Part shown: piece by piece, positions 61,248 to 64,000 of the stretch
Layout of the letters: the number at the start of each line of letters is the position of its first letter
Position numbering within the stretch: position 1 is the first letter of the stretch
NCBI GenBank assembly: GCA_965644295.1
Contig: CBFFRP010000419.1
Span: 1 to 64,000 of the forward strand
DNA: 64,000 nucleotides
Direction of reading: 5' to 3'
From: Paraphysomonas bandaiensis
Taxonomy: Eukaryota > Protista > Chrysophyceae
Program-made: the position numbers and the translations under genes
Notes under the pieces: model-generated
Databases searched by the model: none
What the model saw: the letters and a program-made list of their open reading frames with translations, nothing else
Told to the model about the DNA's origin: nothing

Positions 61248-63253
61248 TTAATGTACATTCTTTGACATCACAATGTCATCCTGAATACAAATAATAAAAT
61301 CCAGCGTCCTTTCGATTATAAATACACAGGCCACTTACTTGTGAGAGAGTGACTTACGCCGTCCCACATTAGTATTTCCGCCTACACAGCAGTGGAGTCA
61401 AGCCAATAACTTACAGTGATGTTATATTGATACCCTCCGGGACACGCCCACGGAACGACAAGCTGTGTCGTCGCTGAGTCAAAGGAACAGGGGAGGGAGC
61501 ACTAGAGTTCAGAGTGTTTATCCCTGCCACTTCGACCTTGCCTTTGATTCGGTCCTCGATACTTATTTTACTGGACACACACATAAGACACTGCACTGCG
61601 AGATGGTTTGGACGTACTCTGACTGCGCCCGCAACAATGCAACATTCTGCAGGGTCAGACCTCCTCCACCACTGCTTGATGTCCCACTAACGCAATACAT
61701 GTCACACATTTCTATTTCAGTCTCTAATTATTGGTAGGCACCTGTCAGTCACGTTCTTTTTCGTTGCAGAGGAAGCCCGCTCCCGCGTGGAGGGACTACA
61801 AAGCAACGGCACTCAGACAGCACAGTGACGAAAATGTGAAGTAATTTATAATATCAAATATATACACAAAAAGGTACATGAGTATGATTTACTCCTCACC
61901 TAGTATGATTTACTTCTCGACTTTTAGGAGACCCCTGTGGTGCTTGTGCTACACTGTAATTCATTGTTACACACCCATACACACTCACAATGCATACGCA
62001 TGATACGTACGGGACTCGATCAGGAACAATGAATCTATCAAGGTCATATTCATTGGGCATGGACGGTGCTCCCCTAATGAAAAAATGAGAAAAAGGCGAT
62101 ACACTGACTAATGAGCTTACACTGATGATGACGAGTTAGCGGGTTTAATACGCTGTGATCCAGCCTGTAGGCTATGCATATATTACACACGTATCGCGAA
62201 AAAAAAAAATTCGTAACTTACACAGCGTGGGCAGAATTAGGAGGTCGGGTTGGTCCTGGACTAGGGTGCACCTTCGTAGTCGAGGTGTGTGCTGGTACAG
62301 TGGGCTGAGAGTCATTACCTCGTTCATCCGGCCCAAACATAGAAGAGCTCGGCTTTGTTTTGGGTGTAGAGGACGGTAACATGAACCCATCAGAATGTCG
62401 GCGTTTCTTCGCACTCTTCACAGCCAGTCGTACAGGATGGTATGTCTTCCCATACTTATCAATCCGATATTTTTCTTGTTGCATCCAATATCTATATACA
62501 TCATATATACATATGAATACACCATTATACAGTGTGTTATATATATCACCTTGTACCAAATACTTTCATACGAAGCTTACGCTGTATCTCCATAGGGATC
62601 TCTAGTATCGTGATGTTCTCTTGAATGAATTGACGAAACACTTCGAGATTTATTTGACGATTAATCATCATAGCAAATTTATTATAAGCCCTATATGTAT
62701 ATATAACACAGTGAGTGTCTCTCTCTATACATATATATATATATACATGTATACTTACTTAAGTATCTCATAGCATTTAGTAAACCCCTCTCCATATATA
62801 TCTGTTAACAGCTTCTGTGCTTCAGTAGGATCAATATCACCACTATCATCTTCATCATACAGATCAAATATGAAATCCACTGTATATAAATCAATCAACT
62901 AGATACATACATATATATATAGATACATACATACCTAATCCTGCTTTATTAAGTGTACAATAATTCCATATACAAAATACAAAATTACGAAAATTAATTT
63001 CGTAATTTAATTTTTTATTATCATAATAACTAAGTGCACGTGTAGCATATCCACAATTTTCAATATTACATTGTTGTAATAATTTTGTAACTTCGACTTT
63101 TTCACAATTATTTATTTTTGCATCATCAAAACATTTGTAAAATTTTCCCACATAGGCTTCACTTATATTCAATGCCTCAAATTCTACTTCATATTGTTTG
63201 AGACTTGGTATATATGAGTATACTTTCGAATACTTTCCAGTTACTGCACCCAT
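61248..63253 (-). CDS. EF-hand calcium-binding protein with low-complexity tail; multi-exon, 3' end uncertain
   Basis: MGAVTG start, FRNFVFCIWNYCTL, and canonical EF loop FDLYDEDDSGDIDPTE. Confidence 0.7.
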
Positions 63254-64000
63254 TGTATCATTACACACAGTTATAGTATGTATGTATGTATGTATGTATG
63301 AGATGAGAGGTAATTGAATTGGCTTACTTTCCACTTCGCTCATACTTCAGAACAAATACGATGAGATGTTATCGTACATATATATGGATCTATATACTAG
63401 TATAGTATATGTATGTCTGTTATAGATACAGGTTTATATATATGTATACTCATATAGTATACAGCAGTATTATATGCGAATCCTCTTCAAAATCTACACA
63501 GCAACTCACACACATACTGGCTGTACATAACGGTATACACTGCTGTATATTTTCTTTAATGGATTGTAGAACTGAAAATAAATGACTCTTGATGATACCG
63601 CTCAGAGATATGGGCATCGTGGCCATATAGCAATACATACATACATATCAGCATCTAATTTTTCGGAAATAAATTGAACCGAAAATCCTCTACATTATTG
63701 TACTCCAACTACGGCTGAAATACACATAAATGTTGTCTCAATATATCAGGCATTTTTTAACAAAAAAATACAAAGCATGCCGATACGCATACAATATCCT
63801 TGCAAACAATGCATCACCATTAAGTTACTATAGTTGTAAATGAAACGTATCAATATCAACAAACTCTATGCATCAGTGTTTACTGCTGATCATCAACCAT
63901 CACTGATAATCGAGGATACATTGTTAGTAGCAGCTGCATACAGTGTCGTTACACACCGAAACGGCCTTAACACATCTACAACTCATACATCATATTGCAT

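Overview
Gene-dense eukaryotic (protist) genomic DNA with short GT-AG introns. The gene content and style suggest a stramenopile, possibly a chrysophyte (inference). The main feature is an AT-rich, intron-less, single-strand gene block at about 3923-9546. It encodes an SF3 helicase, a double-jelly-roll-type major capsid protein, a basic virion-like protein, a minor capsid/penton protein and four small ORFs, and reads as the right-hand part of an endogenous Polinton-like virus (PLV)/virophage-like element. Its right terminus (hairpins, (CT)n end) looks preserved, it has repeated promoter motifs and twin hairpins with matching inner-stem changes, and its left part (ATPase, polymerase, integrase) is missing. 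Host genes include an alpha/beta hydrolase, PCIF1, an Orai-like 4-TM protein, PABP, an intron-containing MlrC/M81 peptidase, an Arb2/FAM172-AGC kinase fusion, a nucleotide-sugar transporter, a hybrid histidine kinase, a giant kinesin with ankyrin repeats, a PSTAIRE CDK and an EF-hand protein. Also present: two long (TATG)n satellites between divergent genes, a structured SINE-like/LINE-tail repeat family (7 pieces), retroelement relics and a frameshifted REase-kinase gene. All family assignments come from motif recognition; no searches were run.
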